Assembly (NCBI GenBank): GCA_964291235.2
Contig: OZ219815.1
Span: 896,001 to 960,000 of the forward strand
Length of the DNA: 64,000 bases
Direction: 5' to 3'
Source of the DNA: Vicinamibacteria bacterium
GTDB taxonomy: Bacteria; Acidobacteriota; Vicinamibacteria; Marinacidobacterales; Marinacidobacteraceae
In this document: positions 43,860 through 53,600 of the stretch, in pieces
How the letters are laid out: each line of letters opens with the position of its first letter
Position numbering within the stretch: position 1 is the stretch's first letter
Notes under the pieces: generated by a model
Told to the model about the DNA's origin: nothing
The model's database searches: none
The model's input: only the letters and a program-made list of their open reading frames with translations
Position numbers and translations under genes: made by a program

Positions 43860-44400
43860 GGAGTGCTCTTTTCTGAATTACCAAGGGGCGGCGCGAGCCT
43901 TTGAAAATCTCTCGCGGATACCTACGGGGTCAGACACGCCCCGATAGAAAACTCTGGGGGATGCGCGGATCAGGCGAATCAATCGAAGGGGAGCCGTGAG
44001 AAGGGAATTATAGTGAGAAATAGGGGATGTTGAAAGTGTGGAAAGAACGTATAAGTCACTGAAAACAGGAATGTTTCAGGTCGATCGCATTGCTGGAGGA
44101 ATGCCCGTGGAGCCTTGGTTGCCTGGGGGTAGTCGGAGAAAGGGCCGCCGAGAGTCCCGACCGCACCCTGTTTTCCTCCGGAATCCCCTGGAATTCCCGG
44201 TGTTTTCCCCATGTTTTCCCGGTTGTTTTCCCCGGGATTTCTCATCTTGCCGCCCCCAGGGGTCGATGGAGGATGGTTCCCTTCTCGGTGGAAATCCCGC
44301 CAGCCTTGATGGCGCACCCGCACCGGCACCCTCACCGGGAGAACGGGGCTGGCCTCCGGGCCGGAACAGCCCGCGACAGGCGGGCGGCGAGTCGACGGGA
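43860..44400. other. oriC: Replication origin oriC (dnaA-dnaN intergenic)
   Basis: Minus strand CTTTCCACA-CTTTCAACA tandem DnaA boxes (44045-44028), a CCCC spacer and an AT-rich trio-like tract TATTTCTCACTATAATT; more degenerate TTTTCCCCR boxes at 44200-44235; gene orientation switches nearby. Confidence 0.8.
44271..44389 (+). repeat. Degenerate REP-like copy between the dnaA stop and oriC
   Basis: GGATGGTTCCCTTCTCGGTGG...CAGCCTTGATG and GCTGGCCTCCGGGCCGGAACAGCCCGCGACAGGCGGGCGGCG. Confidence 0.75.
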
Positions 44401-45867
44401 TCAGGCCAGCTTGCTGAGGAGACGCTTCAGCATCCTGTCCAGCCCCAGATCCCGCTGCCGCTGCTGCGCGATGCGGTGGACGGCGTAGGTCACGGTCGAA
44501 TGGTCGCGCCGGAACTCCCTGCCGATGTCCTGGAGGGTGCGTCCGGTCGTCTCGCGACAGAGGAACATCGCCACATGACGGGCCAGGACCAGCGCCTGCG
44601 AGCGCTGCGGCCCGCGGAGTCCGAGTGGCGCTACGCCGAAGTCCTTGGCCACCGCCAACTGCACCTCGTGAATCGAGGGACGACGCGTTCGTTGCGAGGG
44701 ATTCTTCGTAAGGACCCGGTCGAGGAGGGGTTGCGAGATCTCGATCCCCCTGGTGCGCGACTCGGACATGAGGTTCTTGAGGGGCCCCTCGAGTTCCGGA
44801 ACGCTGTTCTGGTAGCGGGACGCGAGGGTTTCCGGAACGCCGTCCGGTAGCTCTACTCCAAGGTCGGTTGCCTTCCGGCGGACGATGGCGGTCCTCGTCT
44901 CCCAATCGGGCGGACCAAGGTCGGTCGTGAGTCCGCACTCCAGGCGACTCTTGATGCGGGGGTCCAGGTTGTGGATGTCCCGGGGATGAGTGTCGGCGGT
45001 CAGCACCACCTGCCGGCCTCGCTGGGGTAGAGCGGTGAGCGCGTGGAAGAGTTCTGCCGCACTTCGACTGAAGCGATCGAGCCCGGGAATGAACTGGATG
45101 TCGTCCAGCAACAACAAGTCGAGGCTGGCGCACTCCTCGCGAAATCTGTCGAGATCGTTCTCCAGAGCCGCGGTCACCACATGGCGGCTGAACTCCACGC
45201 CCCTTGCATGGAAGACCCGTCGCTTCGGGTTCAGTTCCAGAAAACGCCGGGCGATGGAGTGGAGGAGATGTGTCTTTCCCAATCCAGCGTTTCCGTAGAT
45301 CAGGAGCGGGTTGTACGGGGAGTACTCGACCCCGGCGCCGCTCACGTCGAGGGCCGCACCATGAGCGCATCGATTCGTGGTGCCGACAACGAAGGACTCG
45401 AAAGAGAAATCCGGTCGAAGCCGATCGCTCCGGGACGCCAGCTCGCGGTTTTGCAGACGGTGATTGGTGGGCGTTTCCGCGGCGCTTCCGGAAGATTTGC
45501 GGGCCCCGTCGGAGTCCTCGGATATGGAGCAGCGAACCGAGGTCAGGGGCGAGCCGGCGGCTCTGAGCGCGCCGAGAATGCGGTCCCGATATTCCCTTTC
45601 GAGGCGCTTGGCGAACATGGCATTGGGGACCTGGATGACGACTGCGTCATCTTCGGCGCCCCCGAATTCCGTGGGTGCGAACCAGGTGTCGTATTCGCGG
45701 AGGGAGACGCCGGTCCTGATGACGGACAACACTCTCGTCCACGGGTCACCGGCCGTTTCCGGTGTCTCGACGACAGTTGATACGCGTGGGAGTGGGGACA
45801 AGAAGAGGCGAAAGATTGCGGCTGGTGGGCGCAGCCGTAGCTGAGACGAAAACGGGAAAAGAACCAC
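44401..45867 (-). CDS. dnaA: Chromosomal replication initiator DnaA
   Basis: YDTWF, FESFVVG, YNPLLIYGNAGLGKTHLL, LLDDIQF and RDHSTV motifs; start uncertain. Confidence 0.95.
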   Translation of the reverse strand: MVLFPFSSQLRLRPPAAIFRLFLSPLPRVSTVVETPETAGDPWTRVLSVIRTGVSLREYDTWFAPTEFGGAEDDAVVIQVPNAMFAKRLEREYRDRILGALRAAGSPLTSVRCSISEDSDGARKSSGSAAETPTNHRLQNRELASRSDRLRPDFSFESFVVGTTNRCAHGAALDVSGAGVEYSPYNPLLIYGNAGLGKTHLLHSIARRFLELNPKRRVFHARGVEFSRHVVTAALENDLDRFREECASLDLLLLDDIQFIPGLDRFSRSAAELFHALTALPQRGRQVVLTADTHPRDIHNLDPRIKSRLECGLTTDLGPPDWETRTAIVRRKATDLGVELPDGVPETLASRYQNSVPELEGPLKNLMSESRTRGIEISQPLLDRVLTKNPSQRTRRPSIHEVQLAVAKDFGVAPLGLRGPQRSQALVLARHVAMFLCRETTGRTLQDIGREFRRDHSTVTYAVHRIAQQRQRDLGLDRMLKRLLSKLA

Positions 45868-46258
45868 CCACCCGGCACGCGACTGCGCGGTTCTCGACGA
45901 CGGCGACGGAATGTAGCAACGCCCCTTCGGGGTGCGTCAACCGGTTTTGGACAATCCCAAGAACTCTCCGTGAAAAAACCCACACAGGAGAGCCCGGGCC
46001 AACGCTTTTGCGGCGTTCTCAGCCCACGGCCGGTCCCGGTACAGCCATTTCGGACGTTTGGCGCCAGAACAGCCCCTACCGGGAAAGGAACGCGTACAGC
46101 GCCATGGCAGGGCGACAGCGATGCGACGGAAACGGGGCACACTTTACGGGAAACACGTCTTGGCGGTATACTGTCTGGCTCGGTCTAGCGGCGCGGCAAG
46201 AGCATCGCCGCCTACCGAGTTTTTCTTTTAGATTCAAGGACTTGGAGAGGACAATCCC

Positions 46259-46393
46259 GTGAAACGGACGTTTCAGCCCAATAAGCGGCGGAGGAAGCGG
46301 AAGCACGGTTTCCGGGCACGGATGAGCACTCCAGGCGGCCGCGCGGTTCTCGCCCGCCGGCGTCGCCGGGGCCGCCGAAGGCTGTCGGCCTGA
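46259..46393 (+). CDS. rpmH: 50S ribosomal protein L34
   Basis: [44 protein letters not shown] (44 aa, GTG start, GAGAGG RBS); missing from the ORF track. Confidence 0.97.
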   Translation: MKRTFQPNKRRRKRKHGFRARMSTPGGRAVLARRRRRGRRRLSA

Positions 46394-46473
46394 CGGCCGT
46401 CCGCCGCCCGGAACGCCGTGGAGGTGTGTCCTGTCTAGCGCAAGGGAACCATTGCGCTACCGGGGGCTCGATC

Positions 46474-46917
46474 ATGGCTGAGGACGGCGCGGCGGGTCGC
46501 CGCGCACCGCTCTCTACAGGCGGATGCGACGAAACGCTTCGTCGAGACCAGCGGATCGGGCGGTCCGCGGAGTTCCAAACGGTCCTGGCCCGGGGTTCGC
46601 GCGGTGTTTCCCGATACGTGGTGGCCCTCTGTCTGGCGGAAGCCGCGGGTGCCCGGCCGTCGCGTCTCGGGGTGGTTGCCAGCCGCAAGGTAGGAGGCGC
46701 CGTCCAGCGAACGCGGGCCAAGCGTTTGCTGCGGGAGGTGTACCGGCGGACGCCGGGACGTCCTCCCGGGGATCTCGTTCTGATTGCCCGTCGGGGGATC
46801 CAGGAAGCACCCTGGCCCGACCTCGTGCGGGCTTACCGGAAAGCCACCGGGATGGCGGCGGGCCAGAAGCGGCCGCGTCGCGCGACATCCGGGAGCGGGA
46901 AGCGGTCCAGGCGTTGA
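46474..46917 (+). CDS. rnpA: Ribonuclease P protein component
   Basis: [25 protein letters not shown]; synteny with rpmH. Confidence 0.92.
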   Translation: MAEDGAAGRRAPLSTGGCDETLRRDQRIGRSAEFQTVLARGSRGVSRYVVALCLAEAAGARPSRLGVVASRKVGGAVQRTRAKRLLREVYRRTPGRPPGDLVLIARRGIQEAPWPDLVRAYRKATGMAAGQKRPRRATSGSGKRSRR

Positions 46918-46933
46918 AGCCGTCCGGCCTGCG

Positions 46934-47245
46934 ATGAACAGTTCGCCTCCCCGAAGCGCCGCAGCGAGCGAGCCGAACCGGTGGCGCGCCCTCGCCGGTA
47001 GTGTCCCCGCCGGGTTGTTCCTCGGCCTCATCCGGCTGTACCGGGTCGCGTTCAGCCCGCTGTTTGCGGGCGCGTGCCGGTTTCAGCCATCGTGCTCGCA
47101 TTACGCGGAAGAAGCCATCCGGACTCATGGGGCCGGACGCGGGGTCTTGCTGACTACCCGGCGTCTGCTGCGCTGCCACCCGTTTGGCGGATCCGGATAC
47201 GACGCGGTTCCCGCACCGGTGGTGCGGCGCAAATGGAGTAACTGA
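46934..47245 (+). CDS. yidD: Membrane protein insertion efficiency factor
   Basis: [11 protein letters not shown]...[11 protein letters not shown] motif. Confidence 0.93.
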   Translation: MNSSPPRSAAASEPNRWRALAGSVPAGLFLGLIRLYRVAFSPLFAGACRFQPSCSHYAEEAIRTHGAGRGVLLTTRRLLRCHPFGGSGYDAVPAPVVRRKWSN

Positions 47246-47249
47246 AGTC

Positions 47250-49004
47250 ATGGAGCGGCGCGTTCTTCTCGCGTTCTTGCTGTCGTTCTTCGTCTTCTTG
47301 CTGTTCGTCCGGTTCTTCGGGCCGGAGAGTCCACCGCCGGGCACCGCGCCGCAGGAACAGCCACCCGCGACCACTACCGCCTCCTTGGCGACCCCCGACC
47401 CGGAGCCTGTTTCGACCGAGGCGGCGTCGGAGGCGGTTGCCACCGAAACCCGGGAAGCGGAGCGCGAGCAGGCAATTACGGTGGCGACCCGCCGTTATCG
47501 AGCGGAGTTTTCCAACCGGGGCGCCCGGCTCCTGAGCCTCCGGCTCGCTGAGCACACGGATTCGTTCGGCGCACCCCTCGAGGCGCTGCCGCAGGGCGAC
47601 GACCTGGTGAACTCGGTCCGGCCCCTCGACGTCGTTCTCCCGGGGGATCCGTCGCCGGCGCGTCTGACCGCGGCGCTTTACGAGGTAGCCGTGGACGGGC
47701 AGGTCCGCACCGGACCGGTTCGTCTCGACCTGAACCCGGGGGAGGCCCGCGAGATCGAGTTCCGCTGGGCGTCCGCCGACGGGCTCGAAGTCACGAAGAC
47801 CGTACGGGTTCGGGGTGACGACTACCGCATGGAGGTGACCGTCTCGGCGCGCCGCGGCGGTGCGGAGCAGCTGAAGGAGGTTCTGTTCGGTCCCGGGATC
47901 GAGAACGAGACCTCGGCCGGGAGATACCTCGGCGCCGAGCAGGGCGTGATCGAGACCGCAGGGGAAAGCCGGCTCTTTTCCTTCGCCGAGGCGGCCGACG
48001 GGGAGGCCGCGAGCCTGTCGGCCCAGGCGGTTGGCGTTTCGTCGCACTACTTCGCCGGGCTCCTGGTGGCTGCGCCCGGACAGCGCTACGAGGGAAGGCT
48101 CGAGGCGCTGACGATCCCCTGGGAGAGCTTCGAGGTTCCTCCTGAGGACGCAAGCGGCTCCCGCAACGTACTGGTAGCCCACCTCCGATCAGCGAACATC
48201 AGCGAATTCACGCTCTTCACCGGCCCCAAGCAGGTGGAACTACTGACCGACCTCGGGGTGGACATCGTCGAATTCGGCGCCTGGCTGCGTTTTCTGGTCG
48301 TCCCGATTCGGCAGGGTCTGCTCTGGGCGTATGGCCTGCTCGGGAACTACGGATGGGCGATCGTGCTGGTAACCGCGCTGATCAGCCTGCTGCTGGCTCC
48401 CCTGAAGCACTACAGCTACGTCTCCATCCGGCGGATGCAGAAGATCAGCCCGCAGGTGAAGCGGATTCAGGACAAGTACCGAGGCCTGAAACCGACGGAC
48501 CCAAAACGAAGCGAGATGAACCAGGAGATGGTTGCGCTTTATCGGGAGCACAACGTCTCGCCCATCGGCGGCTGCCTGCCCATGCTGCTGATGATTCCGT
48601 TCTTCTTCGCCTTCTACCGGTTGCTGGTGGTGTCCATCGAGCTCCGGCACGCTCCCTTTGTCTTCTGGGTGCAGGACCTGTCCCGTGAGGACCCCTACTT
48701 CATCCTGCCGATCCTGATGGGGGTCAGCCAACTGATCATGCAGCGCATGACCGCCACCCAGGCCGAGGGCATGCAGGCGAAGATCATGATGTTCATGCCC
48801 GTGGTGTTCACCCTGATCCTCGCCTGGGCGCCCTCCGGGCTGGTGCTCTACTGGTTTGCGAACAACCTGATCTCCATGGGACAACAGGCAGTGACCACCC
48901 GCATCATGGACCGCCGGGAGGCCGAAGCGAAGGCCGGCGAAGTCGTCGCTCAGGGAAAGCGAAAGAAGGGCGGTTCAGGCCGGAAGCTGACGGCCGGCAG
49001 GTGA
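47250..49004 (+). CDS. yidC: Membrane protein insertase
   Basis: FSNRGA, GNYGWAIV, GGCLPML, DPYFILP and PSGLVLYW motifs. Confidence 0.95.
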   Translation: MERRVLLAFLLSFFVFLLFVRFFGPESPPPGTAPQEQPPATTTASLATPDPEPVSTEAASEAVATETREAEREQAITVATRRYRAEFSNRGARLLSLRLAEHTDSFGAPLEALPQGDDLVNSVRPLDVVLPGDPSPARLTAALYEVAVDGQVRTGPVRLDLNPGEAREIEFRWASADGLEVTKTVRVRGDDYRMEVTVSARRGGAEQLKEVLFGPGIENETSAGRYLGAEQGVIETAGESRLFSFAEAADGEAASLSAQAVGVSSHYFAGLLVAAPGQRYEGRLEALTIPWESFEVPPEDASGSRNVLVAHLRSANISEFTLFTGPKQVELLTDLGVDIVEFGAWLRFLVVPIRQGLLWAYGLLGNYGWAIVLVTALISLLLAPLKHYSYVSIRRMQKISPQVKRIQDKYRGLKPTDPKRSEMNQEMVALYREHNVSPIGGCLPMLLMIPFFFAFYRLLVVSIELRHAPFVFWVQDLSREDPYFILPILMGVSQLIMQRMTATQAEGMQAKIMMFMPVVFTLILAWAPSGLVLYWFANNLISMGQQAVTTRIMDRREAEAKAGEVVAQGKRKKGGSGRKLTAGR

Positions 49005-49669
49005 GCGGCGGAACGGCCCCCGCGCCCGCGAACGCCCTTCACGAGGCGCTTGCCAGCATCGAGCCGCCGGTTTCGGCGGCAGTTCATGAGCGGTTGGCGC
49101 GGCTGTTCGGAATGCTGCAATCGTGGAAGAGCGCGGGGAGGGGCGCGGGAATCTCTGGATTCCGCTCACCCGATGAACTGGCGCGTCACTACTTTCGTGA
49201 GGCGCTACTCCTCGGGGATTTCCTTCCGGACCGAGGCCCTTTCCTCGACGTCGGGAGTGGAGGCGGAACCCCTGCGTTGCCGTTGGCAGTGGCGGGCGGC
49301 GGGGACTGGGTTCTTCTCGAACCGCGGCGCGCTCCGGCGGCTTTTCTGGACCTGGCCATCGAGGATCTCGGGTTGAATTCCCGGGTTCGCGTCGTTCGAC
49401 AAAGACTCAAGGACTTCTTGAAGTCTGAGGCGGGGCGAACCGAAATGCATAACTTCTCGGCGGTTACGATGCGCGCGGTAAAGCTGCAGGCGGCCGAGTG
49501 GGACATGCTCGCGGCAGGAATGTCCCCCGATGCCTCCGTGATCTGGCCAACCACCCGCGCGGCCAGGCAGCGGGCGGAACTTGCTGCCGGTCTCTTTGAC
49601 GAGACGTTCCGGGAGGCGGAACGAGGCGTCGTCTGGGTCGGACGCCTTCCCCGAAAGGACTCGCTCTGA
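49001..49669 (+). CDS. rsmG: 16S rRNA m7G527 methyltransferase (divergent)
   Basis: RHY..E.L and DVGSGGGTP motifs; position before parA. Confidence 0.75.
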   Translation: MSGGTAPAPANALHEALASIEPPVSAAVHERLARLFGMLQSWKSAGRGAGISGFRSPDELARHYFREALLLGDFLPDRGPFLDVGSGGGTPALPLAVAGGGDWVLLEPRRAPAAFLDLAIEDLGLNSRVRVVRQRLKDFLKSEAGRTEMHNFSAVTMRAVKLQAAEWDMLAAGMSPDASVIWPTTRAARQRAELAAGLFDETFREAERGVVWVGRLPRKDSL

Positions 49670-49677
49670 CCGATCGG

Positions 49678-49693
49678 TGTTTCACGTGAAACA
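49678..49693. promoter_or_regulatory. parS: parS centromere site
   Basis: Perfect palindrome TGTTTCACGTGAAACA immediately upstream of parA. Confidence 0.95.
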
Positions 49694-49738
49694 CACCTCA
49701 TCGCGGCCGGCCGAAGTGTTACCCTCGCTGCCCTCCGC

Positions 49739-50515
49739 ATGAGGATTTTGGCGGTCGTCAACCAGAAGGGTGGGGTTGGAAAGACCACCACGACGGTGAA
49801 TCTGGGCGCCGCCCTTGCGGCCAGTGGGCGCCGGTGCCTGGTCGTGGATCTGGATCCTCAAGCCAATCTCACCACCAGCTTGGGTCTTCAGATCACCGAG
49901 GACGGGTACAGCGTCTATGACGTGCTTGTGGACCGGGAACCGCTGACCCGAGCCGTGCTCGAAACCGGCGTAGCAAACCTGATCGCGTGTCCCGCCGATC
50001 CTTCACTGGCCGGCGCCGACCTGCAGATCGCGGCGGACGATCCGGACCCGCGACGACGCGCCCTGCGTCTCCGCCAGAGCCTTGCGGATTTCCGCCGGGC
50101 CGACCCCGCCACGGAATTCGCCTTGCTGGACTGTCCACCGTCCCTGGGACTGCTGACCGTCAACGCTCTCGTAGCCGCCCGGGCGATTCTGGTCCCGATG
50201 CAGTGCGAGTTCTTTGCGATGCAGGGCCTGTCCCGCTTGCTGGACACGGTGACTCGAATCGGACAAAGTTGGAACCCGGAACTTGAGTTGCTCGGCGTGC
50301 TCTTCACCATGGTGGACCGGCGCACGAAGCTCGCCCGCGAAGTCATCGACGAAGTACGGGACAAGCTCGGCGACCGGGTTTTCCGGGCGACCGTGCCCCG
50401 GTCGGTTCGCGTCGCGGAAGCTCCCTCCTATGGTGTTCCGTTGCAGGTGTACGAGCCGCGGTCCAGGGCGGCCGTCGCGTACGCAGAATTGGCGGAGGAG
50501 GTCTTGGCGCGGTGA
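49739..50515 (+). CDS. parA: Chromosome partitioning ATPase ParA/Soj
   Basis: NQKGGVGKTTT, DLDPQAN, DCPPSLG and EAPSYG motifs. Confidence 0.96.
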   Translation: MRILAVVNQKGGVGKTTTTVNLGAALAASGRRCLVVDLDPQANLTTSLGLQITEDGYSVYDVLVDREPLTRAVLETGVANLIACPADPSLAGADLQIAADDPDPRRRALRLRQSLADFRRADPATEFALLDCPPSLGLLTVNALVAARAILVPMQCEFFAMQGLSRLLDTVTRIGQSWNPELELLGVLFTMVDRRTKLAREVIDEVRDKLGDRVFRATVPRSVRVAEAPSYGVPLQVYEPRSRAAVAYAELAEEVLAR

Positions 50516-51372
50516 AACGGCGTGGTTTGGGCCGGGGCCTCGAGGCGCTGCTCCCCTCAGCGCCTCCCAGCGAAGGATTCCACTCGGTACCGACTGGCAG
50601 ACTGGTGCCGAACCCCGCGCAGCCGCGCTCGCAGATTGCGGCCGAGGATCTTGAGGGACTTTCTGCTTCCATTGCCGCGCGGGGAGTGATCGAACCGATC
50701 GTGGTCCGGCCCCAGGCGGGGGATTTCCAGATCATCGCCGGGGAACGCCGTTGGCGCGCCGCCCGTCTGGCTGGACTTGAGCGGGTTCCCGTCGTTGTCC
50801 GGGACGCCTCGGATGCGGAAGTGGGGCTGCTGGCGCTGGTCGAGAATCTCCAGCGCGAGGATCTCAATCCGATCGAGGAGGCGATGGCGTTCCGCCGGCT
50901 GGCCGATGCCGGCGGTTTGACCCACGACGCCATTGCTTCCGAGGTCGGACGAAGCCGGACGGCGGTCACCAACACGCTTCGCCTGCTGGAGCTGACGCCC
51001 CAGGTGCGAAGGCTGCTGGAAACGGGGCAATTGCGAGCCGCGGCCGCCCGGGCGCTGATTCCGCTCGACGCTGCGGCACAGGCTCAACTCGCGGCGGAGA
51101 TCGTGCGGGACGATCTTTCCGTCCGGGAAGTCGAACGGCGCGTCAAGCTCGCTCGGGAGGAGAGTCGAGGCGCCGAGGGCAAGCGGTCCCCACGATCCGG
51201 CCTGGACCCGAATACGCAGGACGCCCAGGAACGAATGCAGCGGGCCATCGGGTTTCCGACTCAGATCCGTCGCCGTGGCAAGGGCGGCGCGGTCCAGATA
51301 CAATTTTTCTCGGAGGATGACCTCCACCGCATTTTTGTTTTGTTGACCGGTGAACGGGAAGGAAGAGAGTAA
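50512..51372 (+). CDS. parB: Chromosome partitioning protein ParB
   Basis: GLGRGLEAL, GERRWRAA and ENLQREDLNPIEEA motifs. Confidence 0.96.
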   Translation: MKRRGLGRGLEALLPSAPPSEGFHSVPTGRLVPNPAQPRSQIAAEDLEGLSASIAARGVIEPIVVRPQAGDFQIIAGERRWRAARLAGLERVPVVVRDASDAEVGLLALVENLQREDLNPIEEAMAFRRLADAGGLTHDAIASEVGRSRTAVTNTLRLLELTPQVRRLLETGQLRAAAARALIPLDAAAQAQLAAEIVRDDLSVREVERRVKLAREESRGAEGKRSPRSGLDPNTQDAQERMQRAIGFPTQIRRRGKGGAVQIQFFSEDDLHRIFVLLTGEREGRE

Positions 51373-51376
51373 GACC

Positions 51377-51802
51377 ATGGCACGAGATGCATCGCGGGAT
51401 GCCCATAGTGGATACGTCGGGTCCGGATCGCGCCTCTCGGGGCGGCTGAACGCCCCGGGCCCGTTCAACGTCAACGGGGAATTCGTTGGGGAAATCCACT
51501 CCGAGGACGAGGTTTCGGTGGGCAACGCCGGGAAATTCGACGGCAGGATCTTCGCCCAGCGGGTGATCGTGGAAGGCGGCGGGCGGGTCAGCGGCGAGAT
51601 CGCGGCGCAGGACGTCATCGTCCATTCGGGAGGGTCCATCGCCGGAGTTGCGGTCCAGGCCGCCAACCTGACCCTCGAAGCCAAGAGCGATGCCGATGGT
51701 GCCCACTTCCAGGTCCACCGGAACTACCGGCGCGCTGCGCAAGCGGCGGGCGGCCCGTCCGAATCCCACGCGGCCGGCGAACCCGACAGCGCCAACGTTT
51801 AG
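51377..51802 (+). CDS. Bactofilin (polymer-forming cytoskeletal protein)
   Basis: VG.GSRLSGRL...VNGEFVGEI...VIVEG beta-helix pattern. Confidence 0.8.
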   Translation: MARDASRDAHSGYVGSGSRLSGRLNAPGPFNVNGEFVGEIHSEDEVSVGNAGKFDGRIFAQRVIVEGGGRVSGEIAAQDVIVHSGGSIAGVAVQAANLTLEAKSDADGAHFQVHRNYRRAAQAAGGPSESHAAGEPDSANV

Positions 51803-51962
51803 ATCGTTCCGGTTTCCTTGGCAAGCCCGGCGTCGGGTGATAGCCTTCCGGCCGTCCGTGGCGTAGCCCCGCACATCCTGCCGCCCTCGGTTTCCCGACT
51901 GGTTTTTTCCCGCTTCTGGTGGGGCGGCTCGCTTCCTTTGCCCCCCTCAGGCTGTAGGTTTC

Positions 51963-52391
51963 GTGACGATCATTCCTGATTTGACCGCCTTGATCGTATC
52001 CGCGATCGTGGTGTGTCTGACGCTGGTTCTGAAGCGTCAGTTTTTCGAACCGCTGGCGCGTGCAATGGAGGCGAGAGAACAGGAGGTTGGCGGAGCCCGC
52101 CAGGTCCGGGAGCAAGCCGAAGCCGACATCGGCGCCGCCGACACCCGGGTCGCGAACGCCGTTGCGGCGGTCCGCGAGGATGGGTATCGCGAGATGGATC
52201 GGATACGCCGCGAGGCCGGGGAGCGCGCCGAGGCAACACTGCTGGCCGCTCGGGAAGAAGCGGCGGCAACGGTGGAAGCAGGAACGGAGGCCCTCCGCGA
52301 GCAGGCGGCGCGCGCGGCTTCCGAGCTCGAAGCAACCGCGAACAGCCTGGCCAACGACCTCACCGCGAGGATCCTTCGCCGCGCCTCATGA
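51963..52391 (+). CDS. atpF2: ATP synthase F0 subunit b'
   Basis: N-terminal TM helix, FFEPLARAMEARE and coiled coil. Confidence 0.85.
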   Translation: MTIIPDLTALIVSAIVVCLTLVLKRQFFEPLARAMEAREQEVGGARQVREQAEADIGAADTRVANAVAAVREDGYREMDRIRREAGERAEATLLAAREEAAATVEAGTEALREQAARAASELEATANSLANDLTARILRRAS

Positions 52392-52996
52392 AGCGGGTTC
52401 GCCGAAACCGTCTTCCCGGGCGGAGAGCCATCTGGTCCGGCCTGCCGCGGCGGTTGGCGGTCGCCGGCTGCGCCGCTGTGCTTCTGATCGCCGCGGCGTC
52501 ACCGGCGTTCGCTGCCGAAGAGGGAGCGGCCTCGAATCTGCCGAAGATCGTCAACTTCACGATCCTCGCCGTCATTCTGGTGCTCGCACTTCGCAAGCCC
52601 CTCGCCGGGTACCTCGAGGCGCGTGCGCTCCAGATCCGGGAACAGCTCGCCGAGGCGCGGGCCAATCGCGAGGCGGCGGCGCGGCTGGCGGAAAGGGCGT
52701 CTCACCGGTCGGCGGCGCTCGACGATGAGGTCGAAGCGGCCCGAGCACGCATTGCCGAGGCCGCCAGCGCCGAAGGTCGGCGGATCGTGGCGGCCGCCGA
52801 AGAGCAGGCGAAGAAGATCCATGCCACGGCTCAGGCCGAATTGAAGAAGGAAGTTCGGGTCGCGGAGCGCCGGCTGGCCGCCGGCGCCGCCCAGGCGGCG
52901 GTACAGATCGCCCGGGCGCAACTGCGCGACACCATGTCCGAGGAAGACCACCAGCGTCTGCTGGATTCCGGAATGGCGGCGATTCGTCGCGATTGA
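52388..52996 (+). CDS. atpF: ATP synthase F0 subunit b with a signal-peptide-like N-terminal extension
   Basis: PAFA-AEEG, KIVNFTIL...RKPL and EDHQRLL motifs. Confidence 0.88.
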   Translation: MKRVRRNRLPGRRAIWSGLPRRLAVAGCAAVLLIAAASPAFAAEEGAASNLPKIVNFTILAVILVLALRKPLAGYLEARALQIREQLAEARANREAAARLAERASHRSAALDDEVEAARARIAEAASAEGRRIVAAAEEQAKKIHATAQAELKKEVRVAERRLAAGAAQAAVQIARAQLRDTMSEEDHQRLLDSGMAAIRRD

Positions 52997-53008
52997 GCAG
53001 GGATTGAA

Positions 53009-53557
53009 GTGCCGAGCGACGTAGCCCGCCACTACGCGCAGGTCCTTTTGGACATCGCGGTCACCGGCGGTGACGACGAAGCCAGCCTCTCGCGGCTGGC
53101 GGCCGGCATCGACGAGTTCGCCGCGGCGCTTGAGCGCTCACCGGAACTCGGCAAGGCGTTGACCTCGCCGGCGATCCCACGGGAGCGGCGGGCCGGGCTG
53201 GCCGGGACCGTGGCCAACCGGATCCTTCCGGACTCACGGCTGGCACAGTTCGTTTCGGTCATGGTGGCGCGGGAACGGTCGGATCACCTCGCGGAAACGG
53301 CGGCGGCGTTCCGGGCGGCGCTCGACAAGCATCGCGGGGTCGTGGAGGCGGAAGTGGTTTCGGCCCGTCCGCTCGACGAACGTGGCCGCGCGAGCCTTCG
53401 AGCGGCACTGGAAGCCGCGTTCTCCGGCACCCCCAGGCTTCGCTTCCGTGAGGATCCGGAGTTGCTGGGTGGGTTCGTCATGCGCATCGGGAACCGGATC
53501 TATGACGCCAGCGTGAGTCGCCAACTTGCCCGCTTTGAAGAGAAATACGGCTCCTAA
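53009..53557 (+). CDS. atpH: ATP synthase F1 delta
   Basis: VARHYAQ.L and DPELLGG..MRIGNRIYDASV motifs. Confidence 0.93.
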   Translation: MPSDVARHYAQVLLDIAVTGGDDEASLSRLAAGIDEFAAALERSPELGKALTSPAIPRERRAGLAGTVANRILPDSRLAQFVSVMVARERSDHLAETAAAFRAALDKHRGVVEAEVVSARPLDERGRASLRAALEAAFSGTPRLRFREDPELLGGFVMRIGNRIYDASVSRQLARFEEKYGS

Positions 53558-53600
53558 TCAACTATAAATCGCCTACAGTCAAAGAGTTACAGGATCAGCA

